Counted from the stretch's first letter, positions 1 through 18,725 are shown. The stretch: DNA of 64,000 nucleotides from Eledone cirrhosa (GCA_964016885.1 OZ024745.1:63054001-63118000); one strand, 5' to 3'. Notes: generated by a model not told the origin, from the letters alone. Translations and numbers: made by a program.

Positions 1-491
1 ACAGTGTTTAGGCAACCACGTCACCTTTTTGTTCAACACTGACACGGGAACGATGTGCTAGTTTCAAGCTTATTAGCCATCGTCAGCATCGTATACCTTC
101 CTGCCAGATGGTTGAACGTCTGAAAGTATATACTTTCCTTTCGCATATTAACGGCTGAGCAGCCTAATTTGCATATCGAGTGAGTTCAGTCGGCCGGGCG
201 CACCGAAAACGATAAATGGAATAGATTGAAACGAAATTTCATTTCTCACTCTTAGTACGACACTTACTTAAATGTAAGTATGTATGTATGTATATGTACA
301 TACATATATGTATACAGACGTACAATAGTATGTATATATATACATACATGGACACATATATATATGCACGTATCGGTTTACCGAACATTTATTATAATGC
401 TCGGTTTGTTTGTTTGTAAACAAACAAACAGCCCGAATTAAGTAAGTGCCCTGCTAAGAGTGAGAAATGAAATTTCGGTTCATTCTATTCC

Positions 492-497
<6 letters not shown>
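1..497 (-). mobile_element. Family A hammerhead-bearing repeat (older diverged copy, cut by window start) with short inverted tip at ~438-497
   Basis: Same sequence as the 49953-52006 monomer; switches orientation at ~438 and ends in (TA)n at 497. Confidence 0.85.
51..91 (-). ncRNA. Type I hammerhead motif, family A (U16.1>C, probably inactive)
   Basis: Reverse complement reads CGATG-CTGACGA-TGGCT AATA AGCTT-GAAA-CTAG-CA-CATCG. Confidence 0.75.
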
Positions 498-1418
<921 letters not shown>

Positions 1419-2379
1419 TATTTATTTAATTATGCAGATGTGCACGTGTATGCGTACCTATCTCTGCCAGAGGGTTCTATGTGCTACAGGTAAAATATGT
1501 TTCTATATGTTACATATCTTCACCAGCATGGAAATATTCCAGAAGGTGGACGTGGGATCCATCTAACACCGTTTGAATTTTATTACCAAACCCTATAGTT
1601 TTTTAGTGATGGTGGTACTAATAATGTTAATGTTGTTTGTACGTTACTGGCAAATCCTCACAGGAAATTTTATCGTTCTTGTGTTAAAATATCTCTAGCA
1701 AAATGTAAATATGATTATTTCACATTGATGGGGGCAACATATTTGGATGAAGGGTAAACGCTTAGTTTCCTGCAAGTCTCTTTATTTGTGAGTTTCTAGG
1801 AGATCGATTACATTGATATAAGTTCGAAGAGCTTGCTGCAGTTATCACGTATCATTTTTTTCTGATTCAAGAACTTGACTGCCTGCATTGATGGCGCAAT
1901 TTTCTTCTAAGAAAATTCTAATTGTCACCAAAAATAACACGAAATTCGCCTGCAATGGTCACTTAAATTCTTAAAGAGGCATTATTTTGAAATCTTTTGA
2001 GAAGGGATTTTCGGATAAAGATTCATGTTTAACAGACTGGAAATATACAATGAACCACTCACATAGGCGGCTTCCATTTTAACACGTCATCGCGTCAATC
2101 TTCTACGTGTGTTACACATGTTAAGGGAGTACAGCTTACACCAAGAGCCGATTCCATAGTGCAAATCATCATCAGGGTAGTTGGTCTCAGATAGGTAGAC
2201 AAGCTACCCTGACATGGAAGCATAATAATGTGGTCTGTTTTTATTTGAACAGTTGTATAAATCAAAATTTTAAAATTTAACAATAAGTTCCCACAGATAA
2301 GGTTTCCAATTAAAAGGCGGTATTTGAATTTAGCTTACACTTTACATATTAGATAACATCACACCCACATATACATACA

Positions 2380-3182
<803 letters not shown>

Positions 3183-3281
3183 CAGTGAAAAATCAGAAGG
3201 TTACATCCAAATTTGGTAGAGCACGCGTTGAACCTCTCTCTCTCCTACCCTCTCTCTTTCTTTCTATATATATATATATAA

Positions 3282-3424
3282 GAGGAAGACCAAGGTTAAC
3301 GTATGTTGATGCCCTAAGGACAGACACTGGTCTGTTGGAGACGCAGGACATGGCAGCGATAATGAGGGACAGAGACCGCTGGAGAGAACTCGTCCATGGA
3401 TCTCGGGAATTTTACCCGCCCTAG
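3282..3424 (+). mobile_element. RTE-type LINE 3' end fragment
   Basis: RGRPRLTYVDALRTDTG...MRDRDRWRELV, typical RTE C-terminus; flanked by (TA)n. Confidence 0.75.
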
Positions 3425-3492
3425 ATATATATATATATATATATATACATACATATATATATATATATACATACATATATATATATACATAT

Positions 3493-3534
<42 letters not shown>

Positions 3535-6500
3535 TACAACTTACTATCTATCCATTCTTAATGTATATCTACCAATGAAGTCTAATTATCTAGCTCACTA
3601 TTTTCTTTCGTTAATCTCTCTTTCTTCCATATATAACAATGAAAAACAATTGAAGATTTGAACAGGTACAGTTAAGTATTTGAAGGTTGCTTTCCGCCGC
3701 TCTTTGCTTGTTATATTTTCTGTTAAAACTTTTTCTTCTGTCATAGTTTCTCATCAACAGGTGTTTTCTTATTCATAGCTTTTTATCGGATTTAGATATA
3801 TTGAAATACATACATGTTTGTACTTGCTTCGAGAGCATACACATAAACACTTAATACACACATTAACACATATCCGCTTAATAAATGCTTACGCATGAAA
3901 CTCATCTTTTAATTCTTCCCTCTTATATTAGCTAAGTTCTCTCTGTAGAAATGCCAGATATTTTTACTGGTCCCTGCCCCTATCACTATATTTGGCAGTA
4001 GAACGGAATAATTCTTAGTTCTGTATGTCAGCAAAGTAGTAACCCAGACGTGTATAGAAAGCAGGAGGGGGAACCCAATTCAAATTTCCCAGCCTATAAC
4101 TTTGTTCAACACTAATTTATGATTTTTGCTTATGTTCTAGGAAAGATCACGGCGCTTTTTCGGCAAGTCTCTAGACGAGGAAGCTCAGACTTATGAAATC
4201 TCGAACAGGTCAATACGCAACAACCCCCACTTCATGCGAAACATGATAGATAGAGTAGGGAGTAACATGGCTCTGATAACTTTGGCTTAAACGAAAGTTT
4301 TCGTTAGGGTCAATTTTCGCTACTTCGAGTCTGTACTCAAGGGGGTGCCATTGGGCCTCGACTACATCCTCATTGCCAACCCCAATGATGTTTCAGAGTT
4401 ATGGCACGTGTTTGAAATGCGAAAAAACTAAAGCCGTTAAATGCATCAGAGTGGATTAAGTGCAGCATGGAAAAAAATCAGCAATTCAAGTTTTGACGGA
4501 ACACTATGAGTGCGTACTACTCGATTGTAAACGAAATTATTATAATAACTATTTGATTAAATGAATTTAATATAGGATATAACTATATTGATTCAAAATT
4601 ATATGTCTCGTAGTGAAGTGTACAAGGAGTAAACATTTTCTCGTATTCCCCTGTACACATAAAAGCTTGGAGGTAATATAATTATGAAGAGACATTAATC
4701 TCTAAAACTCTTAATGATATACCCTGATGGTTTTCGGTGTATAGACAGTTGATAACAATTGATTTCATCTTTTTTCTTTTCGTAGTCAGGCTTCTCATAA
4801 AGAAATGTTGTGGCTTCTTTGAATTTCTCTTATTCCAATATACACGGTGTCTTCATTAATATATATATTATATTTTATTATATAACAAAGATACCACTTC
4901 AATTCTTGCAGCCACTAATAGTACTAATAATATGAAAACTATACTATGCGATTACCAAATTTCCCTTAAAACATACTGCACCGATTTCCATAGGAAACGA
5001 CGCAAGGAAGAGTAAATTTCTGAAGGCATTATGATTGGAAAAGAAGCCGGATTGGGCATATGACTGATCGATAACAATATGTTTCCACATGCACTACGAC
5101 TATCACCACTGTCACCATCGATACTAACAGCATGCTCCGACTCAACGAGCCAACAGAGAGGAACCTATGTGGTGGCTGTTTTCTGCTAGAATATAGGTAC
5201 AATTAATTCTCCTTCCAAACAAAACCTTAGTTTTTTTTTCTAGCAGGAAGAAAAATCAAGATATTGTAGTCGAAAATTCAATAATAGATTGAATGATTGT
5301 GACAGGAATGCTGTTCATTTTATGTGTGCTCTATCATATTTACCGGCTTGGGGAATATTATCTCCATCACCAACACCACAGAACATTAGCCTCAATATAG
5401 CATGACCAATAACTCTAATACCATGCACGTGCATTCGTCACCAACACTAGCTACCTTTAGCAACATCACTAACAACAAATATCACCACAAATTCTAACAA
5501 TACTATTAGAATCCCCGTCCGATTTTACAACAGCGTTGCTATAGTAACAATCACCGCTGATGATGACAAGGATGACAATTAATAACATCCACGAAGACAA
5601 ATATAATAGAGGAAGAGATCGTTGATCTAATTGAACAACAAGCTAAGTTTGCTAGTAACAGCAACCGAATCTTCCTTAAATTACACCATAGAGTAATTTC
5701 TTTGAAAAAGGTTGTATACTCTAGTCCTAGATGTGGTGTATCGAAATAAAAGAAGTTAAGTTCAAGGCTTGAGTTGCGGGATCAAATATAGTTTCTCTTT
5801 TTTTACAAAGATAGAAACTTACATGTTCGAACTAATTTATTTGTATCTTACGTAATATCTTATAATCTTAATAGAATATAAAATACAAAAATATTAGGAA
5901 TTCCTATTTTTGCAGAGGAGAATGCCTTGACAGGCAGGGGAGAGGAGGATTAATAAATACCGGCGCTTGGCCGACCAATTCTTTCTCGTTAAGTTCGCCG
6001 TCTAGACCTCTGTTGTCCTTAGTCCCTGCCTTGCCAATTTTCTACGCAAATTCGGAAAGACTGTAGCCCACCTGAGAAAGGAGCCCCATGATGCAGGGCT
6101 GCAGTTGCAGTGGATGGCACTGACCATTCACTATGGCAAAGCTTTCGTCATTCTTTCTGCGCGGCGTCGCTGTATTACCACTCAGGCAGCTATGTAGCGT
6201 ATGTCACTCCCTTTCACAAACCCTTTCTTTCGTTGCTTAATTATCATTGTTTTCTTTTTTCTTCTTTCTTTTTCCTTTCATTTCTTTCTTTTTGATTTTA
6301 TGTGTTTCATTTAAATGTTACTATTTAATTGTAAATTGAAATTTCAGCCAATTGACTGCGGCTATGATGGGGGACTGCTTGGGAGTTAGTTATATTACTA
6401 AATACCTCGAAAAAAATAGGATAGCTTTAAATGATATATTTCGATGAACGATGTAATCTTCGCTTGAAAATTACGTTGTCTTCGAACGGAGCAGTTGGAA

Positions 6501-6939
6501 GGACCAAGATTTTGGGTCAATTATCATGTGTTACATTTTCACACTTGCTGCGTTCAAATGAAGACAACCAGTGAGTGTTTCATTGGTGCCATCTAATGAA
6601 TGATGTTAATATGAAATAAAGGAGACAAAGAACAACAAACATCATTGATATGAGATTGAAATGGCGTAACTGACTTAGCTTGCATCGTATTTAGATTGAT
6701 CATCATGAAAGATGCTTTGTGCATAGTTTGACTCAAAACTTGAGTTGAATCTTATTTATTTGGCATCTCTTTTACTGTGTAACTTTTGCGAAGCCATACA
6801 ACACTGGGTAGCCCCATTTCTAATCGTTTGAAAAGACATTTCTGGGGGACATTTTATTTTGTTATTTCAACATACTTCCCAATCTCTACAGTTCACAGGT
6901 ATATGATCTGGTCAATTCGGAAGTAAAAAGTACACACAT

Positions 6940-7008
<69 letters not shown>

Positions 7009-7461
7009 TGTGTGTGTGTGTGTGTGCGTCTGTGTGTCTGTGTGTCTGTGTGGATGTGAATATGGGTGTGTACGTCAGCAAGGGAATTAGATTGCCAAAC
7101 ATGGGAATAGTTACAAGGTCGAATATAAAGCTTAGTCATGTTTGTTTCTTTCCCCTTAAATATGCATAAAACATACGTTTAACTGTTTTTTGCCTTTCTT
7201 CTTCTATCGGACAAATTCTTGATGTTCTTCTGGCTCAACTAAGGCGAAAGTGACAGTGTCTGCACGTTACTGCATGAGCACATAAAACACTTAGGAAATG
7301 CTACAACGTCATCTTCAATTTATTATTTTACATCTATAGATCTTATAGGCATGCATACATATTTATACACACATGCAGACATACACAAATACGTACACAC
7401 GCAGATGCATATATATATATATATCGAGAGAGAGAGAGGGAGAGAGAGAGAGGAAGAGAGA

Positions 7462-7520
<59 letters not shown>

Positions 7521-7522
7521 CG

Positions 7523-7700
7523 AAAGAGCCAGGACCACGACGGCTGAGCTCCGGCCGTTTCGACAGCTAGTCTAGCTGTCGAAACGGCCGGAGCTCCGAC
7601 GTCGGGGTCCTGATTCTTTTTCTATTACCCACACTACTACCCTAAGTATCGACTACCCTGGTGCGCCACGGTCCACCTGGTATCTTACCACACCTTCTTT
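7523..7700 (+). repeat. Fold-back repeat; perfect 25 bp-arm hairpin at 7546-7596; related to 31370-31535
   Basis: gagctccggccgtttcgacagctag-t-ctagctgtcgaaacggccggagctc; the downstream part matches the reverse complement of 31384-31470. Confidence 0.8.
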
Positions 7701-7758
7701 ATTATATATTCTCTTTTACCTGTTTCAGCCATCCGGCTGAGGCCATGCTGGGGCACCG

Positions 7759-7789
<31 letters not shown>

Positions 7790-8029
7790 ATATATATATA
7801 TATATAGACGTAGAAACTCAATAGTTAGTTCACCATACCGAGAACAATCGGTATGGTGAACTAACTGTTGTGTTTCTATCTCTACCAAACTCGTCCCATG
7901 GACTGAGTGCTCTACCACTACGGATATTGCCTTCCAGTGTTCTACCCTCTCTCTCTCTCTCCCTCCCACTTTCTCTCTCTATATATATATTTAAAAGAAT
8001 AGAGGTGTAACACACGAGTTGTGATATAT

Positions 8030-8334
8030 AAGGAAAAGAAAATGCTGACAAATTTTTCCCAGTGAAAAATAGTTTAATTAGGAATAAGTATAAATTAGTA
8101 ATAATTATTGGTTAGTATTCAGTTTTAGTTTTAACTTTTTACCGGTTGCGTATTTCTAATGGTTTTCAAAAATAATTTTGAGATAGAGCGCCCGTGATGT
8201 TTGCTCTAATCAGTGATTAGAAAAACTTAAAACTAAAACTGAATACTAACCAATACTTATTACTAATTTATACTTATTCCTAGTTAAACTATTTTTCACT
8301 GGGAAAAAATTGTCAGCATTTTCTTTTCCTTTTA

Positions 8335-8335
<1 letters not shown>
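8030..8335. repeat. Inverted repeat with ~110 bp arms and ~80 bp spacer, ending at (TA)n
   Basis: 8030-8140 is the near-perfect reverse complement of 8221-8331. Confidence 0.9.
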
Positions 8336-8387
<52 letters not shown>

Positions 8388-8935
8388 GTGAAATCCTTGG
8401 TACAGTAAGATATATTTAAAAAATGGAAAAGAATGACTTCACTTGTAGTTCTAAATAATTTAATTTAATTTTATAATATAATTTAACATTTGGTTTTGTA
8501 GATCTAGTAAGTTCTTCGTTATGCAAGTATATGCAGGTCAATTTTAGATATTTGTGGTAATTCGCACACACAGCTGAGATAGTATCAGCGACCTTTAATC
8601 ACAGAGAAATTATCAACTCGATAGTTGAAGAAACATCCGAGATGTGTATTTATATTACCTCCCTTTACGATCACCTATATTATTACATTTTAGAACAAGG
8701 CATCATTTTGAAAAAATAATAGTTATTGTCTATTGGCTTCACCTCCACCTATTACTGGGGTTTTATTGCAATTATCTTGCATCGATCAATGAAAGTATCT
8801 AAACAAGAGCAAAAACAGCAAAGGCATTCTCTTCTTCATACGCTCTGTCGTCTGTAATGGCTTACGACGGTATATATTTTGCTCGGCAGTAGTAAACTAG
8901 GGTACAGTCATTAAAACTGCTGCACCCCCCCTCCT

Positions 8936-8982
8936 CCTACTACTATTACTACTACTACTACTGCTGCTGCTGCTGTTTGCTG

Positions 8983-9026
<44 letters not shown>
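8936..9026. repeat. (TAC)n/(TGC)n microsatellite
   Basis: Direct reading. Confidence 0.95.
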
Positions 9027-9544
9027 TCACAAGCATCAGTGTTCCTTTTTTCGCTGCTACAGCTATATTATCTACTACTGCAAGTAAAATCTACGTCACG
9101 TACGTCCTAATGAAAGGATTGACATTACCGAGACTGGTGTTTGTCTGCTGCTGTTGGTGACTTGCCGCTGTCACCATCGCCGGACGGCAATGAAAACAGT
9201 CAGTCTTAGCATGTTTGAGAGCTATAAAATTTCAGTCTTCGTGTATTTGTGTGTGACTGACTACTGTCTACCTAACCACACATGCGCAAGAATTGAGTCT
9301 TGGAATGATAAACACACTAGACATTAAAAAAATACGTCTGAACAAATAATAGAATATCCAGAATTATTCAATTTGCTAAAAATAATAGCAACTCTCCCAC
9401 AAATCACTCCCTACGCTCTTAAAAATTAGAAATTAAGAAACACAAGTTAGATTTTAGTTAGATTTTGTCTCAAAACATTGGGATGGGTAGAGCTGGTGTT
9501 TCATTGATCATAGGTCTACACAAAAAGCACCAAATTAACTGTGT

Positions 9545-9700
9545 GTGGATATTTGATTGATTTGAGTTTGAATATATCGGAGGTAGTGGTGGCCACATCT
9601 CCGTCAAAATGTAGAGCCTTGCATTTCAATCTTCTTACTATATCCTCCACTTTCTCAAGGAGCATTTTAAAGTCGATGTTTGTAGGTTCTCGGTGGAGAC
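9545..9700 (-). pseudogene. Degenerate N-terminal fragment of a PLE ORF
   Basis: Minus strand reads FKMLLEKVEDIVRRLKCKALHFDG...FKLKSIKYP, resembling the EK.E.FIRRMRWKA.FF motif at PLE ORF starts. Confidence 0.45.
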
Positions 9701-10832
9701 GTTCTTATATGCCCATTACTGTAATTAGTTGAATTGTATCCCTAAGCCTGAAGAGTGCTCAATGTTTCGGTCTACTAAATTTCATACACTTAACATGTAT
9801 TCGTGATATTAGGTTTCGGGGTCTAGTTATGGCCACCCCAGTATAGTGGAGCAGCCATTCTAAGACTAGTTTCTCTTGTATAGCACAAGGACACAATTTA
9901 AAGAAAAAACATTCGTTCACGAAATATGGTATTTTCTCGAGAAACATTCTCTTCAAGAACAAGAAGGCAACCTTCAAAACAAAATGTAAAATTATAATGT
10001 AACAGCTCGTTATGCTATGTATCGACTGTATATATAATATGTACGTGAGTTAAGTTATAAATGAATGTGTATGTGTAATATGCACGTAACGTAAGTTATA
10101 AGTTATTTTAAAATGGCTTTAAAGCACCTTAACGGTGCTCGTTATAAAACAGAAAAAAATCGAATATCGTAGATTGTTCGCTCTTAAAACCCAAGAGAAT
10201 TGATTCTCACCGGGAAAGTTTTGAGGAATCCTTTTTCCTGTCATACGCACAATGAAGTCAGGTTTGAATAGCGTATTTGTACTACCTAATGCGTATGGTA
10301 TTTTTTTTTAATTTAAACCAAATTTAAGAACACCCTAAAAATATATAATCTGAAGATTCATTCAGCCATCCCACTATGAAAATTAGCACACCGCTGGCAA
10401 AAACGCTCTATCAGCTAAACAAATAATGAATACCATATGATGTAAAATAGAAAGTGCCAGAAAATACCACAGCGTAAATAAATGAAACAAAGAAATAACC
10501 AGTTTGCCTCAATGAAAAATTTAGGATTTTGCTTTAAAACTTTTAAAATGTTCATTCATAAAAATACCGCATATGCAAACTTATATGTATACGCAAACTT
10601 ATATGTATACAACTATGTTAAAGCGTACACCTTAATTCGATGTCCCAGCCAAGGCAGCCGAGAGCTCTATATGCAAATGAGGCTAATCAGCCCATGTACA
10701 TAGGTGTAAAAACTATGTTTTCGCCTCTATTGAGTTCCAGCATAGGGCAGGGTAAAGTAGCACTTACTTGATAACGACCAGAGTCAAAAGCAACGACGCC
10801 ATAAGTTATCCACTCTTAGCTTCTGCTGGAAT

Positions 10833-10848
10833 CCGCTAGATGGCGCTA
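10833..10848 (+). promoter_or_regulatory. CTCF-like core motif
   Basis: CCGCTAGATGGCGCTA closely matches the CTCF core consensus; motif match only. Confidence 0.35.
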
Positions 10849-10999
10849 CCTCATCAGTTTCCAAATTCATTGCTGCAGGTTTTCAAAATGTGTATTCGTA
10901 AGCAGATCGTATATCGCTAGATATAAAAATCACGCATACTTATATATATACAGCTATGTTAGAACGTAACACCTTAATAATTTTATTTGTTAACAATGC

Positions 11000-11300
11000 T
11001 AATACCGGCGAGGACTCACCTCGATGAGGGCAATGAACCTCTTTTATATCTTCATAGAAGACTTTTATATCCTTTCTATCAGCAGGAGTTTGAAGCTCGG
11101 CTGCATTTGATGACGACCACTTATTTTTCATTTTCCTCAATATCCGTTGAACAGTTCGTTTACATCCAACTATTTGTTTTTCGCTGAAGATGAAGGAAGC
11201 ATTTTCTCAATTTGTGACTGCATTTCCGTATTATTGCCTTTGAACGTGACATGAGCCTTACGCTTTGGAAGACCAAGAGCTTCAAAGAAGGCAATATATG
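11000..11300 (-). mobile_element. RTE LINE ORF fragment (EN-RT linker)
   Basis: MKNKWSSSNAAELQTPADRKDIKVFYEDIKEVHCP...SSPVL resembles the RTE linker. Confidence 0.65.
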
Positions 11301-11803
11301 TTACTTCTTTGAGATTTTTCAAGGATTTTTCAATATTTTCTATAATTTCACTTCGTTTAAACTCCACGTCGAGCAATTAAGACAACCTAACAAAAGTTAA
11401 AATTTAAAAGGAAGAAAAATTTAAATAAAATATTAAAAGGCATAAAGAAAGATATATGAAGTTATATAAAAATATATATACATGTACACAGAATTGTATA
11501 GCCATTGAGTCTCATGAATTCTTCTGCCCTGTGACGGGTTTCCAATAGTTACCCTCCTCACCTACCCGGTGCGGTTCACGGTTTTGTCACGGACAACATG
11601 ACTATGTGGCATGTCGTATTTGGCTACGTTAACAGTAGCACGAGAGAGTGAACTCACCATATATATATATATATATATATATACAAAAGTACAGCATATT
11701 CGAAATTTGAGTAGCAGCTAAGCCAACGAATGCCTTCAGCAGTGCAGCCAAGCACTCGACAAGGTATAGACCTCACAATAATAACATACAGTTTAAAGGG
11801 CTT

Positions 11804-11944
<141 letters not shown>

Positions 11945-12212
11945 GTGTGTGCGTGCGTATATGTGTGCGTGTTTATATATATTTATATTTATGTATACAC
12001 ACACACATATATATATATATGATACAAATTGGATGGATGCGCTTGTTTAATTGGCATGCGACCATTTGGAAACGGTCGCATTCCTTATCTTCCGTTATAA
12101 AAGAATTCTAAAAATGCTTGGAGAAAAGCGAAGATTATACTACTATTCAACCATAGGATTGAAGGCTGCTCTGCAAACTTCGAGTATGTTTTCGAAATTG
12201 CTTTGCTCTATA

Positions 12213-12281
<69 letters not shown>

Positions 12282-12307
12282 GGTTTGTGTGTGTGTGTGT
12301 GTGTATG

Positions 12308-12361
<54 letters not shown>

Positions 12362-12394
12362 CATACACACACACACACAAACCCACACACACAC

Positions 12395-12468
<74 letters not shown>

Positions 12469-13652
12469 GTATACGTCTGCCTCTGTGTCTATTGCGATAT
12501 TGTTTAGGGGAGAACTGAGTTAAACAGAAGATACAACGTGTTAGGTTGTGTGTATTTTTCCTTTTGTGCAAGTTATCTTCTTCCTTTATGTGTAAATCCA
12601 ATTTGCCTTTTGTCCCTTCCGAGGATAACAAATAATATAACAAACGAATTATTGGTGTTGATATAATCATCATGTATACACTTGAGATGGAGCATGACCA
12701 AAGTTCATTGATTGTAGCTATTAAGAAGATAAAGAAAAAAATACATGAATCCAAATCAAGTATAACAAAAATAATCGTTTATTAGTAGTATTCGTTGCAA
12801 TGTGGGCATGCCTCTTCAACAGCTTCCACTATATAATCAATTTTATCGACATCGATGGTGCGGTTATAAAGATAAAAAAAAACTCGACTTGTGAGAGAAT
12901 TTACATGCCTCCAGATATTGTGTCCCAAGATCCAGCGATTTTAACATTCAGCATTATGATGAATGTACCACACACACAAATATGCACACACATATATATA
13001 TATATATATATGTCTGTGTGTCTGTGTGTGTGTGTCTGTCTGTCTGTGTGTGTATGCGTGTGTGATTGTGTGTGTGTGTATGTGTGTGCTAAAATGTTTC
13101 TCTATGTAGAGAGTCTTCGCGTCGCTTTTAATTAAGGCTGAAAACATCAGCCTAGGCCATATATATATATGCATGTGTGTGTTAGCGCGTGCGTGTGTGT
13201 GTTTGTGTGTTTGTGTGTGTGTGTATGTATATTTACATCTATATATAGAATACGCGTAGTGTCTCTGCAGTGAGAAACATTTTAATACATATGAATAATA
13301 TATACTGACATAACACCAGTCTACTTTGACGATGCATTTTTTGCTCAACTGAAATGCCTACACAATGGAACACATTTGTACTTTCCTCCTGATTCTCGAC
13401 AGAATAAGTGTAAAACTTTACATGTGTGAATGTCTTTATGAATTTACTTGTCCCAATAGTTTTTTTTAGTTACTGCTCCCACCAACCTGAGGTATATGAT
13501 TTTTAATGCGATGAAATATCAATGATGGTTGGCAATTCACTGACGAGGGACTAATTTTATGCAACTGAATTGAAAGACTTCGCCAGGTGGTGCTATTAAG
13601 TTAGACATGGCCTGGGCCAATACTGGCCAAAACATTTCAAAGTTATTCAAAG

Positions 13653-13912
<260 letters not shown>

Positions 13913-14084
13913 TATATATATAGGAGGTGAGTTTTATTGTAGTACAATAAAGCAATGCAGATATCGGATAAGAAGCACTCTACAGTTTGTAGGACTGGAG
14001 TATGCATAATATAAGATCAAAAGATGTTGATTTAAAACTGCACTATCCACAAGTGTTTTTTAGCCATCATATCATGTTCTCCTG

Positions 14085-14151
14085 TTTTATCTGATGAAAA
14101 CACAAATATTATTGCATGATGATGTTTGTTTTTGAAATGCGCATAATAAAA
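14085..14151 (+). ncRNA. Type I hammerhead motif, family E, inside a small module (14005-14190) with an inverted 3' tip
   Basis: TTTTAT-CTGATGA-[ACAAATAT...ATGTTTGT stem II]-GAAA-TGCGCA-TA-ATAAAA; 14006-14030 is the inverted copy of 14167-14190. Confidence 0.75.
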
Positions 14152-14183
14152 TACATGGAACTCCTTTAACCATCTTTTGATCT

Positions 14184-14320
<137 letters not shown>

Positions 14321-15124
14321 CGTACGTGCATGCGTTTATATTAATGACACAGTAGTGCTAGACAGCAAATGATACAAGAGACGTGTCGATTTTAAGCGTT
14401 GTCAAGTTTAACAAGCGTAGGCGAAAAATCTGCTGAACATTGAGGGACTTACAATTTATGTGATGTTTGCAGATCTCAAAACTGAAAAATGTAAACTTGC
14501 CAGAAAACAGAAAGAAAGAATCAGAAGGAGAAGTGAGAGTAGACGTAGAAAAATATATAGCTGGAGGAGTAGGTGGAATAAAAGTAATTGGAATACAATA
14601 TATACATCGTACCAGATGTTTTTGTTCGTCCTACTGTCAACACAGGATATATAATGTATAAAATCTATACACGCACCCACAAAATTACAAATACAAATAT
14701 GCGCTGAGACACATTGCACCACCACACAGCCATAAATATTCTTTGATATGCATATATATGTGTATAAACATATTAATATAAAGGGGAGCGAATATAGTTA
14801 TTATTGCTTCACATGTCTATTCCATAAATGCTATATGTTTTACAAGGATAGTTTTTATACAAATAATATATGCGCACACACGCACACGCACACACACACA
14901 CATACACACACACGCACACACACAGTTGTGTGTGATGAATTTATATTTATATATATTATATATATATATACATTATAGAGCTAACCTAGACTGTGTGAAT
15001 GCTTATAGATGTTTACATATTTATTTTAAACATACATCGTATATAAGTAGTCGATGTTTCGAACCCTTACGAATTGCTGAACGGATAAAGATAATATAAA
15101 GAGTGGTGTGCTCATGCGCGGATA

Positions 15125-15293
15125 TGCTATAGAATAGCTTATAAAATAGGGTGAAGACACTTAAAGAAGTTGCCCTCAGCCGCAACGAGGAACAGAACCT
15201 CGTGAGAGGTCTGGGGTTCGATTCCTCGTAGTTGTCATATTCAATTTCGTTTTAAGGGTCTTCTCTCTCTTTTATAAGCTATTTTTTTAGCAT
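15125..15293. repeat. Degenerate fold-back containing a tRNA-like T-arm/B-box
   Basis: Arms aatagcttataaaa.../...ttttataagctatt; GGGGTTCGATTCCTCG at ~15213. Confidence 0.55.
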
Positions 15294-16105
15294 TGGACAA
15301 CGCTTTTATATATCTTTCTTATTTAGATCTGTAAACATGCAAATTCCGGATTTTCGCACTAAACTGAAAATAAAAGTAAACATATCTTAAATCTATTTTC
15401 GCACCTATTTTGATCCTCCTCAGGTGTTATGTATGTCTTCTAAAAACAACAAAACTTACGTCACTGAATTAGTTCATACATTACATCTCGTATCATCGAA
15501 ATGGACGTACAAAATAGAAAATGTTCTACGATTGATTCCAAATTAGCAAAACTGTAAGAGAACTCGATGTGCTGAAAGAAATTGCTGTTTTGCAAAGGAA
15601 GGCCACAAATATCTTGTAATTATTCATATTGATATACAGCTTAAGACGAAGAGAAATCAATGAGTGAATATTATCATATCATACATAGAAACATTAAAAT
15701 TTGTCAATGCGCTAGCAATACGTTAATCTAGTAAGGGACAGCTTTATGGAAAACATCGATGTGAATACCATCACGCATCGGTGTCACGAAATGATTAGAA
15801 AGATTAAAGAAGGCAACATTATAGCAGAAATCGAATCTAACATCACTAAAATGCAAAAAATGAATAGTTACTGCCATAAGACATAATGACTGATGAAATT
15901 ATTAAAATGCATATTAATAGAGAGATGATTGCACAGACAACAGCGAGGAACATAAATACGTGAATGAGTGTCTACACACGGTTATATGTATATAGGTAAG
16001 GGTATACGAGAGCTGGTGATAAGTTTCCAAAGATAACAGGAGTAAACGCATGTACAGACTCTCGGGCATAGCATATAAGCACATACACATACGCATACAG
16101 TCACA

Positions 16106-16245
<140 letters not shown>

Positions 16246-16364
16246 CCGACATAATCATGCCATACGAACGAAAACAGCGGTGTTTCAGAGAGCCAATAAT
16301 AAAATTAGCATAATTGGAGGTAAATTCGAAATAAGAAAGAGATATATAGGGAAAGCACGTCAAT

Positions 16365-16575
16365 TATAGTGGTTTTTGATTTGGGCACAAGGCCAGCAAA
16401 TTTGGAGGAGGGGAACGTCGAATAAATCGATCCCAGTGCTTGACAGATACTTTATTTTATCGACCGCGTAAGAATGAAAGGCAGAGCTAACCTCAGTAGG
16501 ATTTGAACTCAGGAAGTAAGGGGCCTAACTCTATGCCAGGAAGTAGGGTGTCCGACGCTCTACCGACGCAATCGT
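16365..16575 (-). mobile_element. tRNA-derived SINE (Meta-domain-like)
   Basis: Reverse complement of the 41518-41705 family: gagttcaaatcc B-box and gcctttcat...gtcgataaaataaagta core. Confidence 0.8.
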
Positions 16576-16752
16576 CTCTGATAATATCACAATGTTTGAC
16601 GAACGTGATTCGATAATTAGCCAACCATACTAATTGGAATGAAATCAACAAGTGGGTGTGAATTTACTGGCAGCATGACACTTTCATGATATGATAGACA
16701 CACACACACACACACACATACACACACACACAAACACACACACACATATATA

Positions 16753-18025
<1,273 letters not shown>

Positions 18026-18725
18026 ATATTTTTTTAAGGCAACGCTTGTAATAACTCTAGTTAAACATGATATATATATTAATAATAAATTCTCGTTGTA
18101 ATGTAATTAGATTATATAATTGTTATTTTATAAATGATCTTATAAATATTATTGTAACATGTATAAAAATATGTTCAGACTTTTAATATAAACAACTACA
18201 AAAAACAATCATTATTAAATAAATATATTTTACATAATAATTGTTATAGTTGAATTAATAAAAAATAAATATTACATACAAATAGTCTAACAATAATAAT
18301 AAAATAATCTAACATAAAACGAACAATAATATGGACAAGTATACAAGTAAATATGATACAACCAATATTATAAGAATGTTATAACGAACTGAAAAAAAAA
18401 TAGTTAATATAAATTAAAAAAATCATATATAAATTAACAATATAACTTACCAAAACGAGAAAAATATTTTGATGATAAACGACGAAATACAGGAGGAAGA
18501 TTCGAAAGCGAAACGATAAATAAACGTGCAAACAAAGTGGCAGATGCTTTTGAGCAACACTTACTCTCATTGGGTGATTAGCCAATAAGACGATACATTA
18601 CAAAAGATGTTTGGCAGGGATCACCACGGCCAGCAAAACCCCTTGAATTTTTTATTCACAAGCTATGCATGTATGTCAGAAGACACGCAGACTTAAAACA
18701 TTCTGTTGTTAGTCACTGCGTGTCT

